Source: Formosa sp. Hel1_33_131
Lineage (GTDB): Bacteria; Bacteroidota; Bacteroidia; Flavobacteriales; Flavobacteriaceae
Assembly: GCF_001735745.1 (NCBI RefSeq)
Contig: NZ_CP017260.1
Coordinates: 2,400,001-2,432,000 of the forward strand
Reading direction: 5' to 3'
Length of the DNA: 32,000 nt
In this document: positions 22,811 through 31,662 of the stretch, one piece after another
Numbering within the stretch: the first letter of the stretch is position 1
Layout: every line of letters starts with the position of its first letter
The notes under the pieces: model-generated
Databases searched by the model: none
Told to the model about the DNA's origin: nothing
The model's input: only the letters and a program-made list of their open reading frames with translations
Program-made: the position numbers and the translations under genes

Positions 22811-22945
22811 AAAGAGGGAGTCTGAAAAGCTTTGCTTTGTCAATCTGAACTCGTTTCAGATTCTAAAACAAATTGAATATCTGTGAATTGAGATTCTGAA
22901 ACGAGTTCAGAATGACAGATTTTCTACTTTTTAGACTCCCTCTTT
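22811..22945. repeat. About 135-bp nested inverted repeat (family F3 doublet inside a second 19-bp inverted repeat)
   Basis: The outer arms are aaagagggagtctgaaaag (22811-22829) and ctttttagactccctcttt (22927-22945), matching at 18/19. The inner arms are tgtcaatctgaactcgtttcagattct (22838-22864) and agattctgaaacgagttcagaatgaca (22891-22917), matching at 25/27. The element lies 24 nt downstream of the dcp stop. Confidence 0.85.
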
Positions 22946-22968
22946 ATCAAATACTATATGTGATTCTT

Positions 22969-25107
22969 TTAGTTTACAGGAAAGCCACGGTCGCGCATCA
23001 AGGCCTCTTTTTCAGCATCACGGCCTCTAAACAATCTGTAAGCTTCTGCAGGATCCATAGAGTTTCTAGGTTCAAATAAATACTTCACCAAACGTTGGGC
23101 GACCTCTTTGTCATAAAACCCGCCTGGGGCTTCTTGAAACGCTTCTGCAGCATCGGCAGTCAGTACATCTGCCCACATATAGCCATAGTAAGCAGTGGCA
23201 TAACCTTCCCCAGAAAATACATGTCCAAAATGAGGCGTGCGGTGACGCATTGGAAGTTCTGTCGGCATTTTGAGGTCTGCTAAGGTTTGTCTTTCAAACG
23301 CATCAATATCAATGTTTTCAGGGTCTGCAAGGTGAAGTTTCATGTCCATCAATGCAGAAGCTAAATATTCAGTCGTTCCAAACCCTTGGTTAAACGTCGC
23401 TGCTTTTTTGATTTTTGCCACCAATTCTTGTGGAATCACAGCACCCGTTTTATAATGCACTAAAAACTGATTGATCACTTCGTCCGTGGACAACCAACGT
23501 TCTAACAATTGAGATTGAAACTCTGTATAATCTCTGACACCGCCGTTTAAAGTGGGGTATTTTACATTGGATGAAAAGAAGTGCAAAGCATGTCCAAACT
23601 CATGAAAAAAGGTGGTCGCATCGTCCCAGGAGACTAACAAGGCTTCACCTTCTGCAGGTTTCACAAAGTTGGAGTTGTTAGAAGCCAACACTGTTTTTTT
23701 ACCATCAAAGGTGGTATGACTTCGGTAGGTGGTTGCCCACGCTCCAGAACGTTTCCCTTGACGTGCATAGGGGTCTAGATACCAAAGTCCAATATGGGCT
23801 CCAGAATCTTTGTCCGTCACTTCCCAAACCTTTACATCCTCTTGGAAAACAGGGACACTGCCTTCTGGCACTGGCGTAAACTCATAATTAAACAAACGTC
23901 CTGCGACGTAAAACATCGCATCTCTCAATTTGTCGAGTTGAAGGTATTGCTTCACTTCATCACTGTTTAAATCGTATTTTGCCACCCGTACTTTTTCGGC
24001 ATAGAAACGGTAATCCCAAGGTTCAATCGTAATTTTCACGCCACTCGCATTTGCCACCGCTTGCATGTCCGCCACTTCTTCATGAACACGCGCGATGGAT
24101 GCTGGCCAAACGGCTTCCATCAAAGCCAACGCATTTTCGGGCGTTTTTGCCATGCGATCTTGTAAACGCCATTCGGCATAATTTTTATGTCCTAATAATT
24201 CTACACGTTCTCGACGTAATTTCAGAATTTGTGCGATGATGCTATTGTTATCGTATTCATCTCCATTGTCACCACGTGCATAATAATTGGTCCACACTTG
24301 TTTTCTTAAATCTCTGTTTGTAGAATAGGTGAGGAATGGATCCATTGACGAACGCGAATTTGTAATCGCATAACTGCCTTCTTTTCCTTTTTCAGTGGCG
24401 ATGGCGGCGGCAGATTTAATAAATCCTTCTGAAAGTCCATCCAACTGATCGTCATTTAAAAAGGTCACATAATTTTCTTCATCGTGAAGTACATTGTCTG
24501 AGAAGGTGTTATAGAGGGATGATAATTCCTTGTCGATCGCTGCATAACGGGCTTTCTTTTCTGCACCTAATTCTGCACCACGCATGGCAAAACCGTTATA
24601 CGTAAGTTCAACAACACGTTGTTGGTCGGCATCCAAAGGCGTCACTAAAGACGCATCATAGACCGTTTTAATGCGTTCAAAAAGCGCTTTATTCTGATTG
24701 ATTTTAGAAGAAAACTCAGACAGTTTTGGCGCGAGTACGCCTTGTATTTCTCTGAATTCAGGAGACGACATATTGGCACTCATAATTCCATAATAGGAAA
24801 ACACACGGTCCAATTCTGCTCCTGAGCGTTCCATCGCTGCGATGGTGTTTTCAAAGGTGGCTGGCTCTGTTGAATTTGCAATGGCTTCGATCTCTGCAAG
24901 ATTGAGTTCCATGCCTGTTTCTACGGCTTCTTGAATGTCATTCACAGTCATTTTATCAAAGGCTGGAACGCCGCCGTAGGGGCCATTCCACTCTTGTAAT
25001 AATACATTTTCAGCTTGTGTTTTCATGTCTTTTTTACAACTTATAATCAGGGTTAGAAGACTCAAACAAAAAACTTTGAGGTAAGATTTTGGTACAGTAA
25101 TTTTCAT
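22969..25107 (-). CDS. dcp: M3 family peptidyl-dipeptidase (Dcp), lipoprotein
   Basis: 712 aa with a lipoprotein signal (LLTLIISC), the zinc motif HEFGHALH and the downstream E ligand region. The length is typical of Dcp. Confidence 0.9.
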   Translation of the reverse strand: MKITVPKSYLKVFCLSLLTLIISCKKDMKTQAENVLLQEWNGPYGGVPAFDKMTVNDIQEAVETGMELNLAEIEAIANSTEPATFENTIAAMERSGAELDRVFSYYGIMSANMSSPEFREIQGVLAPKLSEFSSKINQNKALFERIKTVYDASLVTPLDADQQRVVELTYNGFAMRGAELGAEKKARYAAIDKELSSLYNTFSDNVLHDEENYVTFLNDDQLDGLSEGFIKSAAAIATEKGKEGSYAITNSRSSMDPFLTYSTNRDLRKQVWTNYYARGDNGDEYDNNSIIAQILKLRRERVELLGHKNYAEWRLQDRMAKTPENALALMEAVWPASIARVHEEVADMQAVANASGVKITIEPWDYRFYAEKVRVAKYDLNSDEVKQYLQLDKLRDAMFYVAGRLFNYEFTPVPEGSVPVFQEDVKVWEVTDKDSGAHIGLWYLDPYARQGKRSGAWATTYRSHTTFDGKKTVLASNNSNFVKPAEGEALLVSWDDATTFFHEFGHALHFFSSNVKYPTLNGGVRDYTEFQSQLLERWLSTDEVINQFLVHYKTGAVIPQELVAKIKKAATFNQGFGTTEYLASALMDMKLHLADPENIDIDAFERQTLADLKMPTELPMRHRTPHFGHVFSGEGYATAYYGYMWADVLTADAAEAFQEAPGGFYDKEVAQRLVKYLFEPRNSMDPAEAYRLFRGRDAEKEALMRDRGFPVN

Positions 25108-25182
25108 GGTTTATGATTTTGAATGTTAAAATAGATTTTCACAATTTACTCAAAATATATTATACCCCTTGTAGATTTAAAA

Positions 25183-25872
25183 TTAATTTAAAATTTCAAT
25201 TTTTTGGATGAATACATTTTGAAGTGGCCAATCGGAGGCATCGGTGGGAACGGCAGCAATTTTATCCACCACCTCCATACCGCGAATCACTTTTCCGAAA
25301 ATAGTATAATCACCATCTAAATGATGGGCTCCGCCTTGCTGCTGCACAATGAAAAACTCAAAAGGGGAGGCCTTTTTGTAGGGGTTTTCTATGTTTTTGC
25401 TCGGCATACTGAGTATGCCACGGTCGTGTTTAAACCCTTTGTTGTGATCATTAGGAAGTAAGTATTTCCCAATCTTCCGTCGTTTTAGGGACGTTTCTCG
25501 GTCATCGCTATTGCCCCCTTGAATGACAAAATTTTGAATGACTCTGTAAAATTGAGTCCCGTCGAAATACTGTTTTCTTATAAGGTAAATAAAATTGGAG
25601 CGGTGGAACTTAGTCGCCTCAAACAATTGGACATCAATGGTTCCAAAATCGGTGGTGATTCTTATTGTGTCTTCTTTATGCTTTTGGTCGTAGTCCAAGA
25701 AAAACTCCATGACATTCGCATCGCTTAGAAGAAAGTTTGGTTTTTTTTCTTCAGCAGTCGGTTCTTTTGTGATGGAAGTAGAGTCGTTTTTTTGGGGCTT
25801 GATTGTTTTTGTTTTCTTACCTTCACAACTCAACAAAACACAACTTAAAAAGAAAAGTAAAACTAGTCGCAT
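25183..25872 (-). CDS. Cyclophilin-type peptidyl-prolyl cis-trans isomerase, lipoprotein
   Basis: 229 aa with the lipobox LLSC. FYRVIQNFVIQGGN and TIFGKVIRGMEVVDKI are the cyclophilin signatures. Confidence 0.9.
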   Translation of the reverse strand: MRLVLLFFLSCVLLSCEGKKTKTIKPQKNDSTSITKEPTAEEKKPNFLLSDANVMEFFLDYDQKHKEDTIRITTDFGTIDVQLFEATKFHRSNFIYLIRKQYFDGTQFYRVIQNFVIQGGNSDDRETSLKRRKIGKYLLPNDHNKGFKHDRGILSMPSKNIENPYKKASPFEFFIVQQQGGAHHLDGDYTIFGKVIRGMEVVDKIAAVPTDASDWPLQNVFIQKIEILN

Positions 25873-25902
25873 GGATCGTATTAATTTATTGAACTGTAAT
25901 AT

Positions 25903-26550
25903 ATGAGATTTAAGGCATTTGAAAAAGCGATTTCAGAAATAAATAAACTTAGTTTACCTGGCATAGAGACGCAGTTAAAAATGGCTCCTTCATTTCGAAA
26001 GCAATTAATGGAACGTTATAAAGAAGAACAGAAATCCGCAAAATTGGCGGCTGTTTTGGCGTTATTTTACCCGAGTAAAGAAGGGGAGACGCTCTTGGTT
26101 TTAATATTACGTAAATCCTATAAAGGGGTACATTCTGCGCAAGTGGGATTCCCAGGAGGAAAACCAGAACCCGAGGATGATGGGATGGAAGCCACCGCTT
26201 TGCGAGAGACTTGGGAAGAGATTGGTGTTTCTTCTGAAAAAATTAAAGTCCTCCGCGAATTGACCTCTATTTATATACCGCCCAGTAATTTTTTGGTATC
26301 TCTTTTTTTAGGGATTGCACATGCGCCACTGACGTTCACACTTCAACCTTCCGAAGTAGATGCAGTTCTGGAAGTGTCTTTGACAGACTTTATGGATGAC
26401 AAGTCTGAGGTAGTCTCTGAAATATTAGCTGCGGATGGTACTGCCTACGAGGTACCGGCTTTTAAACTCAACGGACGTATTGTTTGGGGAGCGACCGCCA
26501 TGATGTTGATAGAAATTAAATCAATGTTAAATCAAATTTTAAAAAAATAG
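25903..26550 (+). CDS. NUDIX hydrolase (CoA pyrophosphatase-like)
   Basis: 215 aa with the Nudix box GFPGGKPEPEDDGMEATALRETWEEIGV. Confidence 0.88.
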   Translation: MRFKAFEKAISEINKLSLPGIETQLKMAPSFRKQLMERYKEEQKSAKLAAVLALFYPSKEGETLLVLILRKSYKGVHSAQVGFPGGKPEPEDDGMEATALRETWEEIGVSSEKIKVLRELTSIYIPPSNFLVSLFLGIAHAPLTFTLQPSEVDAVLEVSLTDFMDDKSEVVSEILAADGTAYEVPAFKLNGRIVWGATAMMLIEIKSMLNQILKK

Positions 26551-26552
26551 CT

Positions 26553-26560
26553 TACGTTTG
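26553..26560 (+). promoter_or_regulatory. Candidate -7 box (TACGTTTG) for the acyltransferase gene
   Basis: Perfect TAnnTTTG 26 nt upstream of the ATG at 26586. Confidence 0.4.
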
Positions 26561-26585
26561 CAGAATAACTTTTTTTAAAATTTTA

Positions 26586-27383
26586 ATGGGTCTTTTCAAG
26601 AAAAATATATTCGGTCAATTTTTATTCTTTAAAAAATGGATCATTCGAATTGCAGGGGTATTAAGTCACCGACGTTACAGAGGATTTAACGAACTTCAGA
26701 TAGAAGGCTCCGAAATTTTACGAAATTTACCCCAAAATAATGTCTTGTTTATTTCTAACCATCAAACGTATTTTGCGGATGTGATGGCGATGTTTCATGT
26801 GTTTAACGCAGCCCTCAGCGGACGCGATGACAATATTAAAAACGTAGGCTACTTGTGGAATCCGAAATTGAATGTCTATTTTGTAGCGGCGAAAGAAACC
26901 ATGAAATCTGGATTTCTCCCAAAAATGTTTGCTCTTGCGGGGTCTATCAGTATTGAAAGAACGTGGCGTGCTTCTGGCGAAAACGTGAACCGACAGGTTA
27001 AAATGAGCGATATTTCTAATATTAATAAAGCTCTAACCGATGGCTGGGTGATTACATTTCCTCAGGGAACCACCACTCCTTTTAAGCCCATTCGTAAAGG
27101 AACGGCACATATTATCAAGCATTACCAACCCATTGTTGTGCCAATTGTAATTGATGGTTTTCGACGGTCGTTTGATAAAAAAGGCATCCGTGTGAAGAAG
27201 AAAAATATTCTTCAGTCGATGGAAATTAAAGCCCCTTTAGAGATTGATTATGAAAAGGAATCGATTGAACAAATCGTAGAAAAAATTGAGTATGCGATTG
27301 AACAACATTCCTCATTCATGAAAGTGATTTCTCAAGAAGAATTGTTGGAAAAAGAATCGCTGAACAAAAAACGTAAATGGTAA
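26586..27383 (+). CDS. 1-acyl-sn-glycerol-3-phosphate acyltransferase family protein
   Basis: 265 aa. FISNHQTYFADV is an HX4-5D-type acyltransferase block, and FPQGTTT is the block III-like FPEGT. Confidence 0.82.
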   Translation: MGLFKKNIFGQFLFFKKWIIRIAGVLSHRRYRGFNELQIEGSEILRNLPQNNVLFISNHQTYFADVMAMFHVFNAALSGRDDNIKNVGYLWNPKLNVYFVAAKETMKSGFLPKMFALAGSISIERTWRASGENVNRQVKMSDISNINKALTDGWVITFPQGTTTPFKPIRKGTAHIIKHYQPIVVPIVIDGFRRSFDKKGIRVKKKNILQSMEIKAPLEIDYEKESIEQIVEKIEYAIEQHSSFMKVISQEELLEKESLNKKRKW

Positions 27384-27387
27384 ATGA

Positions 27388-28038
27388 TTACTCTGTTATC
27401 AATTCTTTTAAATCTTTGTAATTCGATTTTAAACGCTTCAATAAAATCCCATAAATCAAATAGTAGAATCCTAATAAAAACACAGTAATAAGGGCCATTG
27501 CAACGAGACTCAATCCAACGACTATCAGATAAAATACAGTAACATTTCCTTCACCTTCTGAATCGATTCTAGAGAGTGTGGTTAGAACTTCCGGGTTGTT
27601 TGTCAACTCAATATACACACCAATAACAATACAAATACACATGAAAACAAGATTAAAAATCACATAGTGTTTTACAGTTTTGCGTGTTTTTAAAATGCGT
27701 TCCATCAACATTTTTGTATTCTCTGTCGCTGAAATACTTTTGTAGTTTTTATAGAAAACATAGAAGAAATAAATCAACACACCATATCCTAGGATCATAA
27801 GAGGATAGAGGATGTATTCGACATTATAACTCTGCATTTTCTCTAAATCTTCACTGCTATTAAAGGCGAATGAGAGGAGAGTCCAAAACGCAAATTCTAG
27901 CAGACTGATGATGAAAATCCATTTTACAATCGATGAAGAACGCTTATAAATTAATTTATAAAGCTCCTCTTTGTTTAACTCGGGATAGTTTTTAGAAGAC
28001 GTCTCCCAATCTTTTTTTAATAGCTCTAATTCATCCAT
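27388..28038 (-). CDS. Membrane protein downstream of ECF sigma (possible anti-sigma/partner)
   Basis: 216 aa with a cytoplasmic N-terminus (MDELELLKKDWE) followed by about four TM segments. It starts 2 nt after the sigma gene stop. No recognised anti-sigma domain. Confidence 0.6.
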   Translation of the reverse strand: MDELELLKKDWETSSKNYPELNKEELYKLIYKRSSSIVKWIFIISLLEFAFWTLLSFAFNSSEDLEKMQSYNVEYILYPLMILGYGVLIYFFYVFYKNYKSISATENTKMLMERILKTRKTVKHYVIFNLVFMCICIVIGVYIELTNNPEVLTTLSRIDSEGEGNVTVFYLIVVGLSLVAMALITVFLLGFYYLIYGILLKRLKSNYKDLKELITE

Positions 28039-28040
28039 AC

Positions 28041-28535
28041 CTAAGAATTTAACTGGGTTTTTAGTTTTGTTTTAATTCGGTTCATTCGCACGCGAGCATT
28101 GACTTCACTAATCCCTAGTGTTTCACTAATTTCTTTATAATTTTTGTTTTCTAAATACAAGAAAACAATTCCTTTTTCGATGTCGTTTAACTTATGCACG
28201 GCAGCATAAATTAGTTTCAATTGTTCATCCTTGGTGTCATCATACTCCTCATAAGAAAGCTTATAGGCGACAGGTTCAATACTCTGACTTTCGACCCGTC
28301 GCAAGGATTTTCGGTAGAGAGTGATGGAGGTGTTTAGACCCACTCGGTACATCCAAGTGCTAAATTTTGAGTCCCCTCTAAACTTCGGATACGCCTTCCA
28401 TAACTGAATGGTTATCTCTTGAAACAAATCCTTATGCGCATCAGAATCATTGGTATAAAGACTGCAAATTTTGTGCACGATGTTCTGGTGCTTTTGCAAA
28501 AGTTCTACAAAATTATGTTCTGATGATAATTTCAA
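28041..28535 (-). CDS. RNA polymerase sigma-70 family factor, ECF-type
   Basis: 164 aa with a TTG start. DLFQEITIQLWKAYPKFRGDSKFSTWMYRVGLN is region 2, and YKEISETLGISEVNARVRMNRIK is region 4. Confidence 0.88.
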   Translation of the reverse strand: MKLSSEHNFVELLQKHQNIVHKICSLYTNDSDAHKDLFQEITIQLWKAYPKFRGDSKFSTWMYRVGLNTSITLYRKSLRRVESQSIEPVAYKLSYEEYDDTKDEQLKLIYAAVHKLNDIEKGIVFLYLENKNYKEISETLGISEVNARVRMNRIKTKLKTQLNS

Positions 28536-28599
28536 ATGTATTGGTTCGTTGAAGTGTTAGTATCTAAATGTAATAAATTGTTACTCAAATTATAAAAAA

Positions 28600-29484
28600 T
28601 TAAAGAGCTTCTTCTAGAAGTTCTCCGGCTTTAACGCTAAAAGCGAGTTGATTTTGTCGTGGTGGGAATAAACATGTTGTAAATTCCGAATAGGCGCAGG
28701 GAGGATTAAAAAGATAATTAAAATCCAAAGTAACGGTTCCATCTGTTTCTGGAAGGTCAATATACATATAGCGTCCGCCTCCATAGGTGGTTTCTCCGGA
28801 AGTTAAATCTCCAACCATCACAAATCCTTCACTTCCGATATCTAAGCTGTAAGGTTCGCCCTCATACATAAAACGCAGTTGTCCAATAAAATCGGTGACG
28901 TCTGGGATCCCTAGTTTTGATTCTACAGATTCTAAACGTGCCGTTTCAAAATAGTTAAAGTTGGCTTCAAAAATATAGTCACTATTAATATCATAATTTT
29001 TAAATCCTTTGAAGGCTTGAATGCCAGGATTTTTCAAATCCCAAACTCTCAGATATAATGCGCCTGATCGGGTAATCACTTGCCATTTTAGCTGCTTGTG
29101 AAAAAGCTGAACTGAATTTCCATTGGCATCAATTTCTAGTGGTAAAGTTTCTATTTCTTCATCTTGGGCATTGGTAATTTTGATGTTTTTAGCGGCATTA
29201 AACGTCAGTGCTTCTTCTGATAAATCGATGCTTCCAATGGTTTCTGCTAAATTTTCAATAGGTAAAACAAATTCATTTGAAACTGCTTTCCCAAATGTAT
29301 TGCTGGTAGAATCTAGCTTAAATAAACCTGTCAACTCTAAATATTTGACTCGGTTTTCGGCACGAATTTCACGGTTTTGGTTCAAAGCATCCATATACGC
29401 AGCATCCATAAGGTTCTGTTTAGTTCCCTCTTTGCAATTGAAAAAGAGTGTTATAAAACAGCCGATTATAAAATAGGATTTCAT
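28600..29484 (-). CDS. DUF1684 domain lipoprotein
   Basis: 294 aa with a lipoprotein signal (FFNC). The C-terminal LDFNYLFNPPCAYSEFTTCLFPPRQNQLAFSVKAGE is the DUF1684 signature. Confidence 0.85.
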   Translation of the reverse strand: MKSYFIIGCFITLFFNCKEGTKQNLMDAAYMDALNQNREIRAENRVKYLELTGLFKLDSTSNTFGKAVSNEFVLPIENLAETIGSIDLSEEALTFNAAKNIKITNAQDEEIETLPLEIDANGNSVQLFHKQLKWQVITRSGALYLRVWDLKNPGIQAFKGFKNYDINSDYIFEANFNYFETARLESVESKLGIPDVTDFIGQLRFMYEGEPYSLDIGSEGFVMVGDLTSGETTYGGGRYMYIDLPETDGTVTLDFNYLFNPPCAYSEFTTCLFPPRQNQLAFSVKAGELLEEAL

Positions 29485-29489
29485 CTGAA

Positions 29490-29753
29490 TTATTTTTTAG
29501 TGTCAGGTGTGGACTTCGAAGCCTTAGGTGGCATAGGTCCTCTTAAGTGAATGATGAGTCCGTCTAAGAAATTCCTTAAAAACTGATCTCCACACTCCAT
29601 ATATTTGGGGTGGGTCTCGTTTCTAAAAATCGCATTTAGTTCACTTTTTGTGATTTTAAAATCTTTTAGACTGCAAATTTTTACAATATCGTCATCTCTT
29701 AATTTATGAGCGACTCTAAGTTTTTTGAATATATCGTTGTTGTTTAATCCCAT
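29490..29753 (-). CDS. DUF1456 (YehS-like) family protein
   Basis: 87 aa. NNDIFKKLRVAHKLRDDDIVKI...ELNAIFRNETHPKYMECGDQFLRNFLDGL is the DUF1456 repeat pattern. Confidence 0.78.
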   Translation of the reverse strand: MGLNNNDIFKKLRVAHKLRDDDIVKICSLKDFKITKSELNAIFRNETHPKYMECGDQFLRNFLDGLIIHLRGPMPPKASKSTPDTKK

Positions 29754-29778
29754 GCCCCAAAGGTAGTATTTTTATGAG

Positions 29779-30936
29779 TTAATCTTTTATTCTGTTGTCA
29801 TCAAAAGCAGAGGGTAATAATTTAGGGATAAATTTCACAAATAGCGGCAATAATAAAGCACCACCAGGTAATAAGAAAATGGCTAAACTTGGAATCGATT
29901 TTAAGAGGTCCAACAACTGTTCTTGCATTTGTTTTTGTTCGGCATCATTCAGCTCTCTTTGGGTCGATTGCGATAACAACTTCACCAATTCCTTGCTTTC
30001 TTTTAATTCTTTAAACAGGCGTTTGCTATTTCTTGAAATCAACTTACGCACCATCAAACTGGTATGGTCATAAAAACTTTGCACACTGTTTTTGGAGTTT
30101 AAAAGTGCTATTTTGTTTTTATGCGTTTTATAAAATATTTCTACCGAAGTTATAGATTGATCAATTAGAGTCTTTGAAATTCCAAGATCAGATCCTAATA
30201 TATTTAAAAATTCTTGTTCTGCTGCTTCAAGTTTGAGATCACTCCAAGTGGACATGCACGCCAAATCTAAATAATATAAAGATTCTAATTCTGAGGGAGC
30301 AGCATCTATAACCGTTTTATAGTTATGGGAAGCGTTTTCTGTGAATCGAAATGAAGACTCTAAAAGTTTAATCAAACTGTCATCATAAGATGTTTTCAGC
30401 GATTTAGAATTTAAAGCCGTTAACACCAACGTTCTAATGGAATTTTCAAACTGATTTAAATAAAGGATGGCGTTTTTTTCTCCTTTTAAATATTCTTGGT
30501 ACGCCATCACATCCATAAATAGGAGGGCATTCGTCACAAAAAAACTAAAATTTTTAGTCAGAATATTATTGTCAATATGAATGCGTTTATGAAGAATAGA
30601 TTCTAGATTGTTCCCTAGAATGGTACGTATAAAGGTTGATTTATATAAGGTGATTTCTTTATAAAACTTTAATAAACTTTTTTCAAAGGGTTCAGTCGAT
30701 TTCGTATTAGAATGGACTGCGTACAAGGCAATCACTAAATTGATTTTACAACGCTCTTCCTTAGTATAATCTGGATTGTCAGCGATATGGCTAAGTGTGG
30801 CCATATTACTCCCATATAAAAACCCCACATTTCTAAGTTTTGGATACAACTGCTCCAAAGACTCAAATTCATGTTCTGAATGTGCTTTGAGTAGCTTTAA
30901 AAGTTTCGTAATCCAACCGCTTCCTGATGGGTTCAT
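29779..30936 (-). CDS. LETM1-related (biofilm-associated type) protein
   Basis: 385 aa. The C-terminal LLKSIPSLAIFLLPGGALLLPLFVKFIPKLLPSAFDD resembles the LETM1-like segment. The call rests on memory of the family name. Confidence 0.7.
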   Translation of the reverse strand: MNPSGSGWITKLLKLLKAHSEHEFESLEQLYPKLRNVGFLYGSNMATLSHIADNPDYTKEERCKINLVIALYAVHSNTKSTEPFEKSLLKFYKEITLYKSTFIRTILGNNLESILHKRIHIDNNILTKNFSFFVTNALLFMDVMAYQEYLKGEKNAILYLNQFENSIRTLVLTALNSKSLKTSYDDSLIKLLESSFRFTENASHNYKTVIDAAPSELESLYYLDLACMSTWSDLKLEAAEQEFLNILGSDLGISKTLIDQSITSVEIFYKTHKNKIALLNSKNSVQSFYDHTSLMVRKLISRNSKRLFKELKESKELVKLLSQSTQRELNDAEQKQMQEQLLDLLKSIPSLAIFLLPGGALLLPLFVKFIPKLLPSAFDDNRIKD

Positions 30937-30964
30937 TCTGCAACGTATTTGATGTAAAATTAAA

Positions 30965-30989
30965 AAAGCTACTCATTACAAGTAGCTTT
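30965..30989 (-). terminator. Rho-independent terminator of sodC
   Basis: aaagctact-cattaca-agtagcttt is a perfect 9-bp stem. On the minus strand it is followed by tttaatttt. It lies 23 nt after the sodC stop. Confidence 0.7.
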
Positions 30990-31011
30990 GTATCGTTTTT
31001 TTTAAATTAAA

Positions 31012-31605
31012 TTATTCGATAATTCCTCCACAACTCACACGGCTGCCAGCAGCTCCTGAGGGTTGAGATGTAAAATCGTCCATACCTTGGTGCACAATAA
31101 CGCCTTTGCCTAGGATATCTTTTGTGTCATCTCCACAGCCAATACACCATTCATCTGTACTAAACTCAACGGTTGTATCATCCGCTGCGTTTTTAACCAT
31201 AAAATTCCCAATATCTCCTTTGTGGTAGCCCGTTTCAGCACCCCATTTTCCATGTGGTTGCGCCGTTGGATTCCAATGCCCTCCAGCCGATTTCCCATCT
31301 GTAGATGTACAATCACCTGTTTTATGAATATGTATCGCATGAGATCCTTCGGAAAGTCCTTTGATGACCGCAGTCATCTGAACCATGCCGTTGGTTTCTA
31401 CAAATTTAGCCGTTCCAGTCACTGTACTGTTACTTTTTGGGCTGAGAGCGATTGTTAAAGAGCGCATCTTTTGAACGGGTTCTTGTTTTTGCTCGGTATT
31501 AAGCATGTCTTTGTCAGACGTATTTGTTTTTTTGACTTCTTGTTTACAGGATAATACACTGAAAATAAGAAGTAAAGCTAGAATCGAATTTTTCATTTTT
31601 TTCAT
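31012..31605 (-). CDS. sodC: Copper/zinc superoxide dismutase, lipoprotein
   Basis: 197 aa with the lipobox VLSC. It also carries HAIHIHKTGDC, GGHWNP, HKGDIGN, VIVHQGMDD and SRVSCGGI. Confidence 0.93.
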   Translation of the reverse strand: MKKMKNSILALLLIFSVLSCKQEVKKTNTSDKDMLNTEQKQEPVQKMRSLTIALSPKSNSTVTGTAKFVETNGMVQMTAVIKGLSEGSHAIHIHKTGDCTSTDGKSAGGHWNPTAQPHGKWGAETGYHKGDIGNFMVKNAADDTTVEFSTDEWCIGCGDDTKDILGKGVIVHQGMDDFTSQPSGAAGSRVSCGGIIE

Positions 31606-31662
31606 TTTAAATTTAGTTCCTCGAAAGTTAGTTAAAAAATCGCAACCGCATAAGAATGGAGT

